Shown: positions 9,362-19,134 of the stretch, in pieces
How positions within the stretch are numbered: position 1 is the first letter of the stretch
Layout of the letters: the number at the start of each line of letters is the position of its first letter
From: an uncultured Ignavibacteriales bacterium
Lineage (GTDB): Bacteria; Zixibacteria; MSB-5A5; GN15; FEB-12
DNA length: 64,000 nt
Assembly: GCA_964464605.1 (NCBI GenBank)
Contig: CAYXJN010000002.1
Coordinates: forward strand, 62,001 to 126,000
Direction: 5' to 3'
Notes under the pieces: model-generated
Database searches by the model: none
Told to the model about the DNA's origin: nothing
What the model saw: only the letters and a program-made list of their open reading frames with translations
Translations under genes and position numbers: made by a program

Positions 9362-10674
9362 AATCTCGCTCCAATCAGGTCGTATCCGTCTGCCTTTTCG
9401 ATTCGCACGAGCGGCATATCGCCAATTTTGAGTCCCGGTTCATGAATCATCACCTGTTGATCGATATCCGGGCAATCTCCGGCTGAACGGGCCAAAGCGA
9501 TTCCCTGTTCGTCGATTTCATCCACCAGCACCCGGCAGGTTTTGCCGATCTGCGAGGCGTTGTTTTCAAAGGCGATTTCCCGCTGGAGATTCATGAGTGT
9601 ATCCATACGCTCCTGTTTCAGTTCTTCCGGTACTTGATTCGCAAATTGTTCGGCCGGAGTTCCTTCTTCCGGTGAATAGGTAAACACACCCATCCGTTCA
9701 AACCGGTATTCATCAACAAAGTCATACAATTCGGCAAACTGCTGTTGGGTTTCTCCCGGGAAACCGACGATAAACGTCGTACGAAGCACCGGATCCTTAC
9801 TGCCTGTGCGAATCCGGTTGATAATCGATTCGATTCGGGATTTATCAACCCGGCGGCGCATTGCAGTTAGCACATCGGTATTAACATGCTGGAACGGTAG
9901 ATCAAAATAATTGAGCGTTTTGTTATCATCGGCCAGATAATCGATAACGCGGTCTTCCAACTGAGCCGGATAGAGATATAACAGACGAATCCATTTTACG
10001 CCGTCGATCTGTTCGAGTTCTTTTAACAGTGTAATAATATCCGGTGTACCGGGTAAATCGCATCCCCACAATGTGGCTTCCTGCGAAACTAAGATCAGTT
10101 CCTTCTTCCTGTTTTCAGCTAAATACGCCGCTTCCCGCAGAATCGAATCAAGCGGGCGGCTCCGGTATTTGCCGCGCATGCCGGGAATCGCGCAATAGGT
10201 ACAGCCGCGGTCGCAGCCATCGGAGATTTTCAAATATGCATACGGATACGAATCGGAGATAAAGCGGTTCCGCCAGGTCAGATACCCAAGTTTACGGGTT
10301 TCTATTTTGACCGCTTGAGTCATGCGCTCCGGCGCTTCCATCGCCTTAGCTAAGGAATCGAGTGCCCCATGCCCGAATGCGCCATCCAGTTCAGGGATTT
10401 CGGCCAGCATATCATCGCCGTAGCGCTGTGTCAGGCATCCGGCAGCGAAAAGTTTACGCAATTTCCCTTCCGTTTTCCATTGTCCGAAACGGAGAATTTC
10501 GTTGATTGATTCCTCTTTTGCCGGAAGAATAAACCCGCAGGTGTTGACGATAACAGTATCAGCTTTTTCAGCTGCGCCGACAGGCTCGTGGCCGTCATGA
10601 ATCAGCCGGGCTGCGATATAGTCGGCATCGACATCATTTTTAGGGCAGCCGAGCTTATGGATGTAAAATCGCAT
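9358..10674 (-). CDS. rimO: Ribosomal protein S12 methylthiotransferase
   Basis: LGCPKNDVD, VNTCGFI, radical-SAM CDRGCTYC, C-terminal TRAM domain. Start reassigned to ATG 10674. Confidence 0.93.
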   Translation of the reverse strand: MRFYIHKLGCPKNDVDADYIAARLIHDGHEPVGAAEKADTVIVNTCGFILPAKEESINEILRFGQWKTEGKLRKLFAAGCLTQRYGDDMLAEIPELDGAFGHGALDSLAKAMEAPERMTQAVKIETRKLGYLTWRNRFISDSYPYAYLKISDGCDRGCTYCAIPGMRGKYRSRPLDSILREAAYLAENRKKELILVSQEATLWGCDLPGTPDIITLLKELEQIDGVKWIRLLYLYPAQLEDRVIDYLADDNKTLNYFDLPFQHVNTDVLTAMRRRVDKSRIESIINRIRTGSKDPVLRTTFIVGFPGETQQQFAELYDFVDEYRFERMGVFTYSPEEGTPAEQFANQVPEELKQERMDTLMNLQREIAFENNASQIGKTCRVLVDEIDEQGIALARSAGDCPDIDQQVMIHEPGLKIGDMPLVRIEKADGYDLIGARL

Positions 10675-10676
10675 GA

Positions 10677-11285
10677 TTAGAGTTTTATTCGCTCTACAGA
10701 ATCCGGGTAATTGGGCAGGAATTGTTTGGCATCGCAAACAGAGAGCATTTTCTGCTCGGAGATGTCGATTTGAGTGCGGTCACCATTTTCATTCATGTAT
10801 TCCAGCCGTTTTACCGTTGCTTTGGCCGCATTAACAGTCATCAGGACTGAATCCGGCATATTTTCAGATGTCCCGACTTTTTTGACCAGCCGGTACGTTT
10901 CGTTCGGGGTAATAACGCTGGATTCGTACAATTCGTCAAGACGGGTTAACAGCTGTATTTCGTTGCTGGAATTGAGGGTATCCCCCTTCTGAATGGTCAC
11001 CTGATTGTTCTCTTTGCTGTAGCTGTAGAGGGTTGTTCGGTCGTAGAGATATTCATCCGAACCTAATTGTATCCGGTAACGGCCATCGGCGTCGATATAC
11101 GCTTTTCCATTCAGCGTATCGACCGTTTCGAATACATCGGAATGGACGTATGAACGAAAAGAAAGCTGTAGACACTCTGCCGATTCCAACTTTTTCTTCG
11201 TGGCAAGAAAAGCATCGACGGCAATCAGTGATGACGCCGATATAAAAAGAGAAAACAACAGAACTATCTTTCGTAGTGATTTCAT
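10677..11285 (-). CDS. lolA: Outer-membrane lipoprotein carrier LolA-like protein
   Basis: Signal peptide; YLYDRTTLYSYSKENNQVTI resembles LolA; located directly downstream of ftsK (conserved synteny). Confidence 0.7.
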   Translation of the reverse strand: MKSLRKIVLLFSLFISASSLIAVDAFLATKKKLESAECLQLSFRSYVHSDVFETVDTLNGKAYIDADGRYRIQLGSDEYLYDRTTLYSYSKENNQVTIQKGDTLNSSNEIQLLTRLDELYESSVITPNETYRLVKKVGTSENMPDSVLMTVNAAKATVKRLEYMNENGDRTQIDISEQKMLSVCDAKQFLPNYPDSVERIKL

Positions 11286-11311
11286 ACCTGATTATACGCA
11301 GTTAAACGCCG

Positions 11312-13651
11312 TCAGTTCTTATCAGAAAATGCAGGAGCGGCGGATTTCCGTCCGGCAAAGAGCGCGTCGATATATGCTTTATCAACAACGACATCCCGCG
11401 CTTTAGAGCCGTCAAACGGGGAGACAATACCGGCTTCTTCTAACTTATCAATCAACCGGGCGGCGCGTTGATAGCCGATTCCCAGACGACGCTGCAATAA
11501 CGAAACGGATCCCTGTTTATGGCGAATGACTACTTCGCAGGCTTCACGGAACAACGGATCACCGAAGTCGATACTTTCGGCGGCGTCATCATCCCCACCG
11601 GTAACATTAGCCGAGTCGGTAGTCGGCGCGGCAACGTTTTGTTCTTTGATGAAGGACACAACACGGTCGGTTTCATCACTTGACAGATACGCGCCATGAA
11701 TACGAGTCGGCTCAGCTTGTCCGGCGCTCATGAACAGCATATCGCCATTGCCGAGGAGTTTCTCCGCGCCGTTGGCATCGAGAATAGTGCGGGAGTCAAC
11801 TTTCGATGATACTTGGAAGGCAATACGCGCCGGGAAATTCGCTTTGATGAGACCGGTAATAACATCGACCGATGGGCGTTGGGTTGCCAGTATTAAATGT
11901 ATACCAACCGCGCGGGACATCTGGGCTAAACGGGTAATCAGCAGTTCGGTCTTGGCGGATTGCGATGACATCATGAGATCGGCTAACTCATCGACAAAAA
12001 TAACGATATAGGGGAGCTTTTCTGATTCCTCGGTCTGTTTCCGGTTGAAGTCTTCGATATTACGTACGGAAACGGCAGCCAGACGGCGGTAGCGGTTTTC
12101 CATTTCATTGACCATATCGTTTAGCACTTTTTCTGCCCGTTTTGGATCGGTAATGACCGGACGTGCCAAATGCGGGATGCCGGCGTAAACAGACAGTTCG
12201 AGCATCTTCGGATCAACGAAAATAAACCGTACCTGCTGCGGATGGAGACGATAAATAAGTGAAGTTATCAGCACATTCATACAAACCGACTTCCCTGACC
12301 CGGTTGCACCAGCGATCAATAAATGCGGCGCTTTGGTAAGGTCGGTTACAAACGGTGTTCCGGAGGTCGTCATTCCTAACGCCAACGGAAGTCTGAGGTT
12401 CGTAGCGTTAAACGGATCGGATTGCAGAACATCTTTTAAGAACACTGTTTGCGCAGCGCGATTCGGAATTTCGACACCGACAGCCGCTTTACCCGGAATC
12501 GGAGCGAGAATACGAATCCGTTTGGCTTTTAAAGCGAGGGCTAAATCATCGGAGAGGTTCAGCACTTGATTTACCTTCACACCGGCGGCCGGTTTGAATT
12601 CAAAACGAGTGATGACTGGTCCGGGGAATGAGGAAATGTTCCCTTCTACGGCTACGCCGAAGGTTTCAAGCGTATCTTTAAGCATCTTGGCGTTAGCGGC
12701 TAACTCTTCAGGAGTTACCGTTTGCCCCGTTTGCTGGTTTTCGGTCAACAAATCAAGACCCGGGAAGGTGTATTCGACGGTGGAGGCATTTGCCTGCTCC
12801 CCGCTTCGTATCATTACCGTCCGCTTTTTTGCCTGACGTTTCTTGGGAGCCGGTGACTCGGTTTCCTCGGCAGCGTATTCGGTGCCGTCAAAGATATCCG
12901 CTTGCGAGACATTTTCTATCTCCTCTTCTAATGTCTCAGCGAACGTATCCTCTTCCGGTTCCGGAGTACGGGCGGGTTTGGTATGTAAGAATATTTTCTT
13001 GAGCCAACTGAAGTTAAAGAGCGGTTTCATTTCTCCGGCAATAGCAGTGGCCCCTGCTTTCATTTTCTCAACCCGTTTTTCGGTCAACTGCTCTTTAATG
13101 ACCAGCACAAACGAGGTATACAGCACAAGAAGGAGTAAAATCAGACCACTTAATAGTAAGTAGGAGCCGGTTTCGCCGATTAGTTTGGTCATAATAATAG
13201 TGAGATGTTTCCCGATAAACGCGCCTCCGTACTCTGTCGTGGGCAGAAGTGGATCGACAGGAACGCAGAGGTGGATATTCAGGAGCATCGTTCCGAAGAG
13301 CGAAAACAGGAAAATCAGGGCGAGATTTCCTGCCAACCGCACGGGCAGATCAGCAAACAACAACCGTGTTGCGCGGGCCAACAGCACTGCGGGAATAAAA
13401 AAAGCGAGCCAGCCGAACAGAAAATCAAGATAACAGGATAGATAGGCGCCGAACACACCCGCTTCATTGTCGAAGCTGATATCCAACGGGCTGAGGTTGG
13501 TATCTAAATCCCCTAAAACTCGCGCCGTATCCTGATCGGTGCGGGTAGCGAGGGCTACCACCAAAACGGCGGCGGCCAGAATCAGGATAACACTGATACC
13601 GTAGGGGCGGCGACTGGGCGCTTTACTCGATTTTTTCTTCCGCTGCACCAT
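11312..13651 (-). CDS. ftsK: DNA translocase FtsK
   Basis: N-terminal 4TM region; PHLLIAGATGSGKS, DPKMLEL, DELADLM, ATQRPSVDVITG; gamma domain SLLQRRLGIGYQRAARL. Confidence 0.97.
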   Translation of the reverse strand: MVQRKKKSSKAPSRRPYGISVILILAAAVLVVALATRTDQDTARVLGDLDTNLSPLDISFDNEAGVFGAYLSCYLDFLFGWLAFFIPAVLLARATRLLFADLPVRLAGNLALIFLFSLFGTMLLNIHLCVPVDPLLPTTEYGGAFIGKHLTIIMTKLIGETGSYLLLSGLILLLLVLYTSFVLVIKEQLTEKRVEKMKAGATAIAGEMKPLFNFSWLKKIFLHTKPARTPEPEEDTFAETLEEEIENVSQADIFDGTEYAAEETESPAPKKRQAKKRTVMIRSGEQANASTVEYTFPGLDLLTENQQTGQTVTPEELAANAKMLKDTLETFGVAVEGNISSFPGPVITRFEFKPAAGVKVNQVLNLSDDLALALKAKRIRILAPIPGKAAVGVEIPNRAAQTVFLKDVLQSDPFNATNLRLPLALGMTTSGTPFVTDLTKAPHLLIAGATGSGKSVCMNVLITSLIYRLHPQQVRFIFVDPKMLELSVYAGIPHLARPVITDPKRAEKVLNDMVNEMENRYRRLAAVSVRNIEDFNRKQTEESEKLPYIVIFVDELADLMMSSQSAKTELLITRLAQMSRAVGIHLILATQRPSVDVITGLIKANFPARIAFQVSSKVDSRTILDANGAEKLLGNGDMLFMSAGQAEPTRIHGAYLSSDETDRVVSFIKEQNVAAPTTDSANVTGGDDDAAESIDFGDPLFREACEVVIRHKQGSVSLLQRRLGIGYQRAARLIDKLEEAGIVSPFDGSKARDVVVDKAYIDALFAGRKSAAPAFSDKN

Positions 13652-13718
13652 AAGCTGTTATAGGTACAGACAGGGGAAATTTGATTCAACCAAAACTTAC
13701 AGAAAGAAAATCGCAGAT

Positions 13719-16700
13719 TTAGCGGCGCTGGACGCCTTCTAAAAAGTTGTCGTACTGGTCGTCGATTTTAATTTCCGGCATTCCGGTCACAAACAGCCGG
13801 AATCCGAACCCGCGGTTGGAGCCGGTCGGTACCCAGAACAATGAGCCGGTCCAGCAGTGAAGTGTCTTTTGAATCGATATTGCGCTGCTGGTGGTCTGGT
13901 GTTCAAGGAAATCATAACGGTGGCTGTAGGAAACGGATGTCGACAGCGTCAGATTGAAATTGAGCGTATAGGAAACAAAGCTGCTGCTTTTGCGAATAGC
14001 TTCATCGATTCGGGATTCACCGTACCCGTACTGGATCGTCATACTCCACCCCTGCGGCCGGGAGTTCACCTGCTGTGACTGTGCTTTGGTAGCGGCAATC
14101 GAGGAGTCACCGGGTTGGGTTAAAGGCTGGGTCGGTCTGGGGGATGACGTAGCGGGATCGTCGAAGAAAAAGCGCGTCCCGCGAAGCTGAGTGCTGAAAT
14201 TGATGCCGAAATTGGTCAACCGCGGTTTTGAAATGTCGTAATCATCGCTATTCTTTTTGTAGAAGGTGTGGGTCGCATTTCCGGACACATTAATGCGTGG
14301 GATAGTTGAGGTGTGGAAGGAGGTGAACATATCCGAGATAGGACGGGTTTTTGCTTCCAGATTGTATGAGAAACCGGAATTGAGATTTAAGACATCATAG
14401 GCTCGGGCGAACTCCCCCTCCCCAACTTTCGCCTGAAACAGCTGCCCTAATCCGAAGCTAATAGATGAACTTTTGACGCTTTTCCCCGATGTTCCCCCTG
14501 CGTAGGAACTGACAAAGGAGTTATTGTCGAGTTCCGGCGTGAAAGAATAGGCGATTGTAGGGGTTAGTACATGCCTGACTGCCTGTATACCGAGCACACC
14601 CGGCGTGATTGTTCCGTAGAGCTTGGTGTTTGCCGAGAGCGTTCCGCTATAGCTCCAGGTGCGGTAGGTAGTCTGTTCATCGAATCCGGCCGCATCCGAC
14701 TGGTCAGTTTCGAAAATCTTGTACCATGATTCACTGTAGCGCAAAGAGGGTACGATCGGGAAATAGGGGATTATATTGATAGTCGGCAGCGTCAACACCG
14801 GGTTATGGTCGATTCGGGCATATTCCCGACGGGTGCGGAGCAATGTTGTACGATCGGTCGTCCGTTTTGAATAATTTACTAAGTGCGGCGTGTAGCGAAG
14901 ACTGAAACCGTGGTACCAGCGGTTTTCCCGACTGCCATCCGCTAATACTTTTCCACTGCCGAACGGTCGAATAGTCGGAAGGGAAAGCGTCATATCCGGC
15001 AGCAGATCGGTCCGAGCTTTCAAGTCAATATCGTCGGTATGCGAAAACTGCCCTGATAACGAGGTCTGTGTTCCGAATTTTTTGACAAAAGAGGCCTGCG
15101 ATTTGACTGAGCGATTTAAACGTTCATCCAGGTTGGAGGAATAGTCGGTGTAGTAGCGTGAGTCAGATTGAAACTGTCCGTAAGAACTCACTTGGAAATC
15201 CGGCGTAAAGGTATGGTTGTAGGCGCCGCTTAACACCCAGCGCCGGCTTTTCGTTTCCTGAGCAACGCTGCGGTCATAGCCGCTTACAAATGAACTGGTT
15301 CCGGATATGTAGCCGTTCAAAACATACCGTTTCGCAAAATTAACCCTGCTATTCAGATTAACAGTCTTTTGCAATTCATAATAATCGAACGCCCCCTGGA
15401 CATCCCAATACTGTGACGCTGCCCAATAGTAGCCGACATTGCGGATATATCGCTTCTCCCGCTGGAATTGCCCGAACTCAAGCGGTAAAATACCGGAGTG
15501 CCTTCCCCGTTTGAGCGGAAATACGTAATAGGGCAACGCGAGAATCGGCAGCCGTTCGATGTAAAACACAACGGGACGGGCGATCAGTTTTTCATTTTCG
15601 ATCAGTTTCATATTGGCAGAATAGAAATGAAAGTGCGGCTGTTCAGCATCGCAGGTGGTGTAGCGGCCATCCTCGACATAAAATACTTTTCGCTGCTCCC
15701 GATACAGCTTGCTGCCGTAATAAAAACCCTGTTCATACTTACTCTTTGATTGAAGAATTCTCCCTTTCTCAGTTTTGAGGGAATACTCCAGGTAGTCGCC
15801 ATACAGAACTTCATCTTTATCCTTTAAGACCACCGGAATCGTGTTGGTCTGGACATGAAGCCCTTCTGACATTTCGACTGATAGGCCGGAATCGATGGTT
15901 GCGGAAAAAGCTTCTATTTTGTCTGTTCGGGTATCCAAAAGCACCTGTTCCGCTTCTAACGCAAGCGAGCCGGAAGAAACAACAGCCTGACGGTTCAGTG
16001 CGATAACTGAATCCTTCACCGAATACTGTATTCGCCGTGCCTGATAATCGACCGTATCAGCCTTGTAGATAGGTGCTGCCGTTGAATCGTCGACAGTCTG
16101 TTTGCGGGTGACATATCTGCCGATGCTTTCCCCGACCACGTTCACGCGGGCCAGCGTTTGATTCGCGATATCGAAATATATCGTGTCGCCGGATACGTTG
16201 TTTTCGTACTGCGTGTTCTGGTCTTTTTGCGACGGATAATACCATGAATACGCACTTCCGGCGCAGATAACGCTGTCGAGCTCACCGGCGGTGAACATCA
16301 GGGTTATCATCTTCCCTTTTAACACCGCCTCATCGTACCAGCCTTTTGCAGAATCGACCGGCTCTTTGAAATTCCCCTGCGCGGAATCGTAGACATTGAC
16401 CTGCTTGATTAGGCTGTCATCATACACGACGGTGATAAACTCACCGGCGAGGGTCGATTTCCCTTTTATCAGCGATGGCTTATCAAACAAATCGAGATTA
16501 TGGGTTTCCAGATTCATCACCGCGCAGCCGGAAGAAGTCGCGATCTCATTGGAGGTAATCGTTACTTTACCCGATGCCTGCGCCCCTTTGCCAACTCCGG
16601 CGTATTCAATCTGATCGGCGATAACTTCCACCATTTTCGCAGAATCCGGGTAACGGAGATAGAGCGTCGGGCGGTTATCCATAAAAAAGTAGCGGTCATC

Positions 16701-17108
16701 TCTCTTCAGAAACGCATGCGTGCCGGCGGCATACAGAGAATCTTTGAATGACCAGATTCGCACCGATTCCCCCCAGGCATCTGCTTCACCGATAGCAAGG
16801 TGATACGTAACCGAATCCGCCTGTAAGCGATATTCGGGATCATCGATCCGTACCCGCCCTTTGAGTCGAACCTGATCCCCCGGTTTCAAAACAGCAGAGT
16901 CGCAATAGATAAAACCGTCCTCAGTTTCGAAGACAACATCTCCGACTAAATAGATAACCTGCTTCCCCTGTTCGAACGAGATTTCAAACTGCTTGGCGTC
17001 GTAATTGACCACGCGCGCAGACCGCTGCTGCGCGACAGACGCAGCTGCAATGAGTAGCAGACCAATTAAAATAATTAGGCGGAGCCTATTGGGCAGCGAG
17101 CGCATCAC
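13719..17108 (-). CDS. lptD: LPS-assembly protein LptD-like (extended OstA-like N-terminus plus beta-barrel)
   Basis: Signal peptide; repeated OstA-like segments; YTTCD..PHFHF, ARPVVFYI..LPILALPY, RHSGIL; C-terminal LHCW barrel motif. Confidence 0.8.
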   Translation of the reverse strand: MMRSLPNRLRLIILIGLLLIAAASVAQQRSARVVNYDAKQFEISFEQGKQVIYLVGDVVFETEDGFIYCDSAVLKPGDQVRLKGRVRIDDPEYRLQADSVTYHLAIGEADAWGESVRIWSFKDSLYAAGTHAFLKRDDRYFFMDNRPTLYLRYPDSAKMVEVIADQIEYAGVGKGAQASGKVTITSNEIATSSGCAVMNLETHNLDLFDKPSLIKGKSTLAGEFITVVYDDSLIKQVNVYDSAQGNFKEPVDSAKGWYDEAVLKGKMITLMFTAGELDSVICAGSAYSWYYPSQKDQNTQYENNVSGDTIYFDIANQTLARVNVVGESIGRYVTRKQTVDDSTAAPIYKADTVDYQARRIQYSVKDSVIALNRQAVVSSGSLALEAEQVLLDTRTDKIEAFSATIDSGLSVEMSEGLHVQTNTIPVVLKDKDEVLYGDYLEYSLKTEKGRILQSKSKYEQGFYYGSKLYREQRKVFYVEDGRYTTCDAEQPHFHFYSANMKLIENEKLIARPVVFYIERLPILALPYYVFPLKRGRHSGILPLEFGQFQREKRYIRNVGYYWAASQYWDVQGAFDYYELQKTVNLNSRVNFAKRYVLNGYISGTSSFVSGYDRSVAQETKSRRWVLSGAYNHTFTPDFQVSSYGQFQSDSRYYTDYSSNLDERLNRSVKSQASFVKKFGTQTSLSGQFSHTDDIDLKARTDLLPDMTLSLPTIRPFGSGKVLADGSRENRWYHGFSLRYTPHLVNYSKRTTDRTTLLRTRREYARIDHNPVLTLPTINIIPYFPIVPSLRYSESWYKIFETDQSDAAGFDEQTTYRTWSYSGTLSANTKLYGTITPGVLGIQAVRHVLTPTIAYSFTPELDNNSFVSSYAGGTSGKSVKSSSISFGLGQLFQAKVGEGEFARAYDVLNLNSGFSYNLEAKTRPISDMFTSFHTSTIPRINVSGNATHTFYKKNSDDYDISKPRLTNFGINFSTQLRGTRFFFDDPATSSPRPTQPLTQPGDSSIAATKAQSQQVNSRPQGWSMTIQYGYGESRIDEAIRKSSSFVSYTLNFNLTLSTSVSYSHRYDFLEHQTTSSAISIQKTLHCWTGSLFWVPTGSNRGFGFRLFVTGMPEIKIDDQYDNFLEGVQRR

Positions 17109-18276
17109 GTATCTTCCTGATCACGGCTTCTTGTTGGTTTTTGCTCAGGCCTCCTGCCTGCGCGGAAGTTTCATTTCCTCCCCCCTTTATACCCAATGAC
17201 TGCGTTAATTCCTTTACCAAATTACCGGCATGAAGTCCCGTCGCTTTATCGCTGGTGAGAACGAACCGCTCTTCACTGAACAGGAGCGTGGCGCCTTTGG
17301 TTTTTGCACTTACCATACCGGCTAATTGGCCCAACAATTTCGGATCGAAGTCATCATACACAGCCGTTACAAACAGATGTTCCTTTATCTGTTCCGCTTT
17401 GGCGGTTAACTGCTCGACTTGAATCGGTAGTAACTCTTCCTGTAGTTTTCCGATTTGTTGTCTGAGTTCTTTGTTTTGCGTAATCAGCTTTTGCGTGTTT
17501 TGTACAACCGTTTCGAAGTGGCTGGTAAACAAACCGGACAATTCGTTCGTGACTGCGAACCGTTTGCGGTAATCTTCAAACGCCTGTCGTCCGGCTAAGA
17601 ATTTCACTAATGAATGTCCGCGCATTTTTTCCACGCAGATAACTTTCAACAAGCCGACTTCTCCGGTTTGCGTGCAGTGCGTTCCGCCGCAGGCAGAGTA
17701 ATCGTAGTCTCCAATCGTAATGACGCGGATTTCGCCGGTTCGTTGCGGTTTTTTTCGTAAAGGAACGGAATCGATCTGACTGCTGTCGATAAAGAGAATC
17801 TTGATCGGCACGTTCTCGACAATAATCCGATTCGCCATCATTTCCGCTTTATCGAGCAATTCCTGCGAGACCTCAGCGACTGCCAGCTCAATAGCAGCGT
17901 ATTCCTCTCCCAAATGCACCGATACCGTTTCCTGATTCGCCAAGTGAATAAAGCAATGACTGAGAATATGCTGCGCGGTGTGTTTTTGCCGGTTGTCCAT
18001 GCGTCGAGCGGCATCAATTTTTCCGGTAACAGTGTCTCCAACTTTACCGATCGGCAGCGAAGATATATGCAGCACGTCGCCGTTGTCGGATTCAGTTACA
18101 TCAACAACGGAAATCACATTCAAAAGCCCGGTATCAAAGAGTTGCCCGCCGGAAGTTGGATAAAATGCCGAGCGATCCAGTGTCGTTATCCACCGGTTAT
18201 CACGCTGTTCAGTTGTGAGAATCCGACCGGTGAATTCCACTAAGGCCGGGTCACGATAATACAACCGCTCGGTCAT
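17086..18276 (-). CDS. Alanyl-tRNA editing protein AlaX-L (with DHHA1 domain)
   Basis: TERLYY, FYPTSGGQLFDTG, Zn-binding HTAQH and CGGTH, C-terminal KGGG..AQAG. Confidence 0.9.
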   Translation of the reverse strand: MTERLYYRDPALVEFTGRILTTEQRDNRWITTLDRSAFYPTSGGQLFDTGLLNVISVVDVTESDNGDVLHISSLPIGKVGDTVTGKIDAARRMDNRQKHTAQHILSHCFIHLANQETVSVHLGEEYAAIELAVAEVSQELLDKAEMMANRIIVENVPIKILFIDSSQIDSVPLRKKPQRTGEIRVITIGDYDYSACGGTHCTQTGEVGLLKVICVEKMRGHSLVKFLAGRQAFEDYRKRFAVTNELSGLFTSHFETVVQNTQKLITQNKELRQQIGKLQEELLPIQVEQLTAKAEQIKEHLFVTAVYDDFDPKLLGQLAGMVSAKTKGATLLFSEERFVLTSDKATGLHAGNLVKELTQSLGIKGGGNETSAQAGGLSKNQQEAVIRKIRDALAAQ

Positions 18277-18280
18277 ACGG

Positions 18281-19063
18281 CTAATCGGCCGCTACCATCG
18301 GGTTAACCAGCGAGCCGATTCGGGAGATACGAACTTCGACCGTGTCACCGGGAACGAACGTGCATAATCCTTCGGGCGTACCGGTGGAAATCAGATCGCC
18401 GGGATTGAGGGTCATAATAGATGACACATAGCTGACAATATGCGGGACGGAAAAAATCATCTGGTTCGTATTACCGGTTTGCCGGACTTCGTTGTTCACA
18501 AGCCCTTCGATCGTCAAATCACGCCAATTGATACCGTTGACTATCGACGGCCCTACCGGGCAAAAAGTATCGAACCCTTTGGCGCGTGTCCATTGGCCAT
18601 CTTTTTTCTGTAAATCCCGGGCGGTGACATCGTTAACGCAGGTGTAACCAAAAATATACTCCTCGGCTTTGTCGAGTGGGACATCAGTAGCCGTTTTTCC
18701 AATTACAATGCCGAGTTCTGCTTCAAAATCGACCCGTTTGGAAATACGAGGATGAACGATCTGTTCGTTGGTCGCTATTACGGATGATGGCGGTTTCAAA
18801 AAGATAAGCGGGTAATCCGGCGGTTTATCGGCCGACTGTGATGCGGCTACATGGGCATGATAGTTTAGCCCGATACAAACGACTTTGGATGGGGCAGTCG
18901 GGGATTTGATTATTACCTGTTCCAGCGGGATCGGTACGCCAATCGGCTCAACCCGTTTCCAAGGTTCGACCAGTAAACGGATAATCGAGTGCCCTTCACG
19001 CAGGCCGAAATGGACAGATTCTGTTTCTGGATTGAAATATCGGACAAAGTGATAAATCGACAT
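18281..19063 (-). CDS. Fumarylacetoacetate hydrolase family protein
   Basis: SKVVCIGLNY, FLKP, DFEAELG, NDVTARDLQ, KGFDTFCP, GDLISTGTP. Confidence 0.92.
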   Translation of the reverse strand: MSIYHFVRYFNPETESVHFGLREGHSIIRLLVEPWKRVEPIGVPIPLEQVIIKSPTAPSKVVCIGLNYHAHVAASQSADKPPDYPLIFLKPPSSVIATNEQIVHPRISKRVDFEAELGIVIGKTATDVPLDKAEEYIFGYTCVNDVTARDLQKKDGQWTRAKGFDTFCPVGPSIVNGINWRDLTIEGLVNNEVRQTGNTNQMIFSVPHIVSYVSSIMTLNPGDLISTGTPEGLCTFVPGDTVEVRISRIGSLVNPMVAAD

Positions 19064-19134
19064 GCCTTCTCCTTCTGTTCTTATCTAAATACTGGGTGAA
19101 AAAAACAGCCAAAACAGCCTGCGGTCAAACCTAA

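Noticed and set aside
19100..19120. Short direct repeat AAAACAGCC x2 between the FAH and MATE genes
   Set aside because: Only two 9-nt copies, probably within a promoter spacer; no supporting context.
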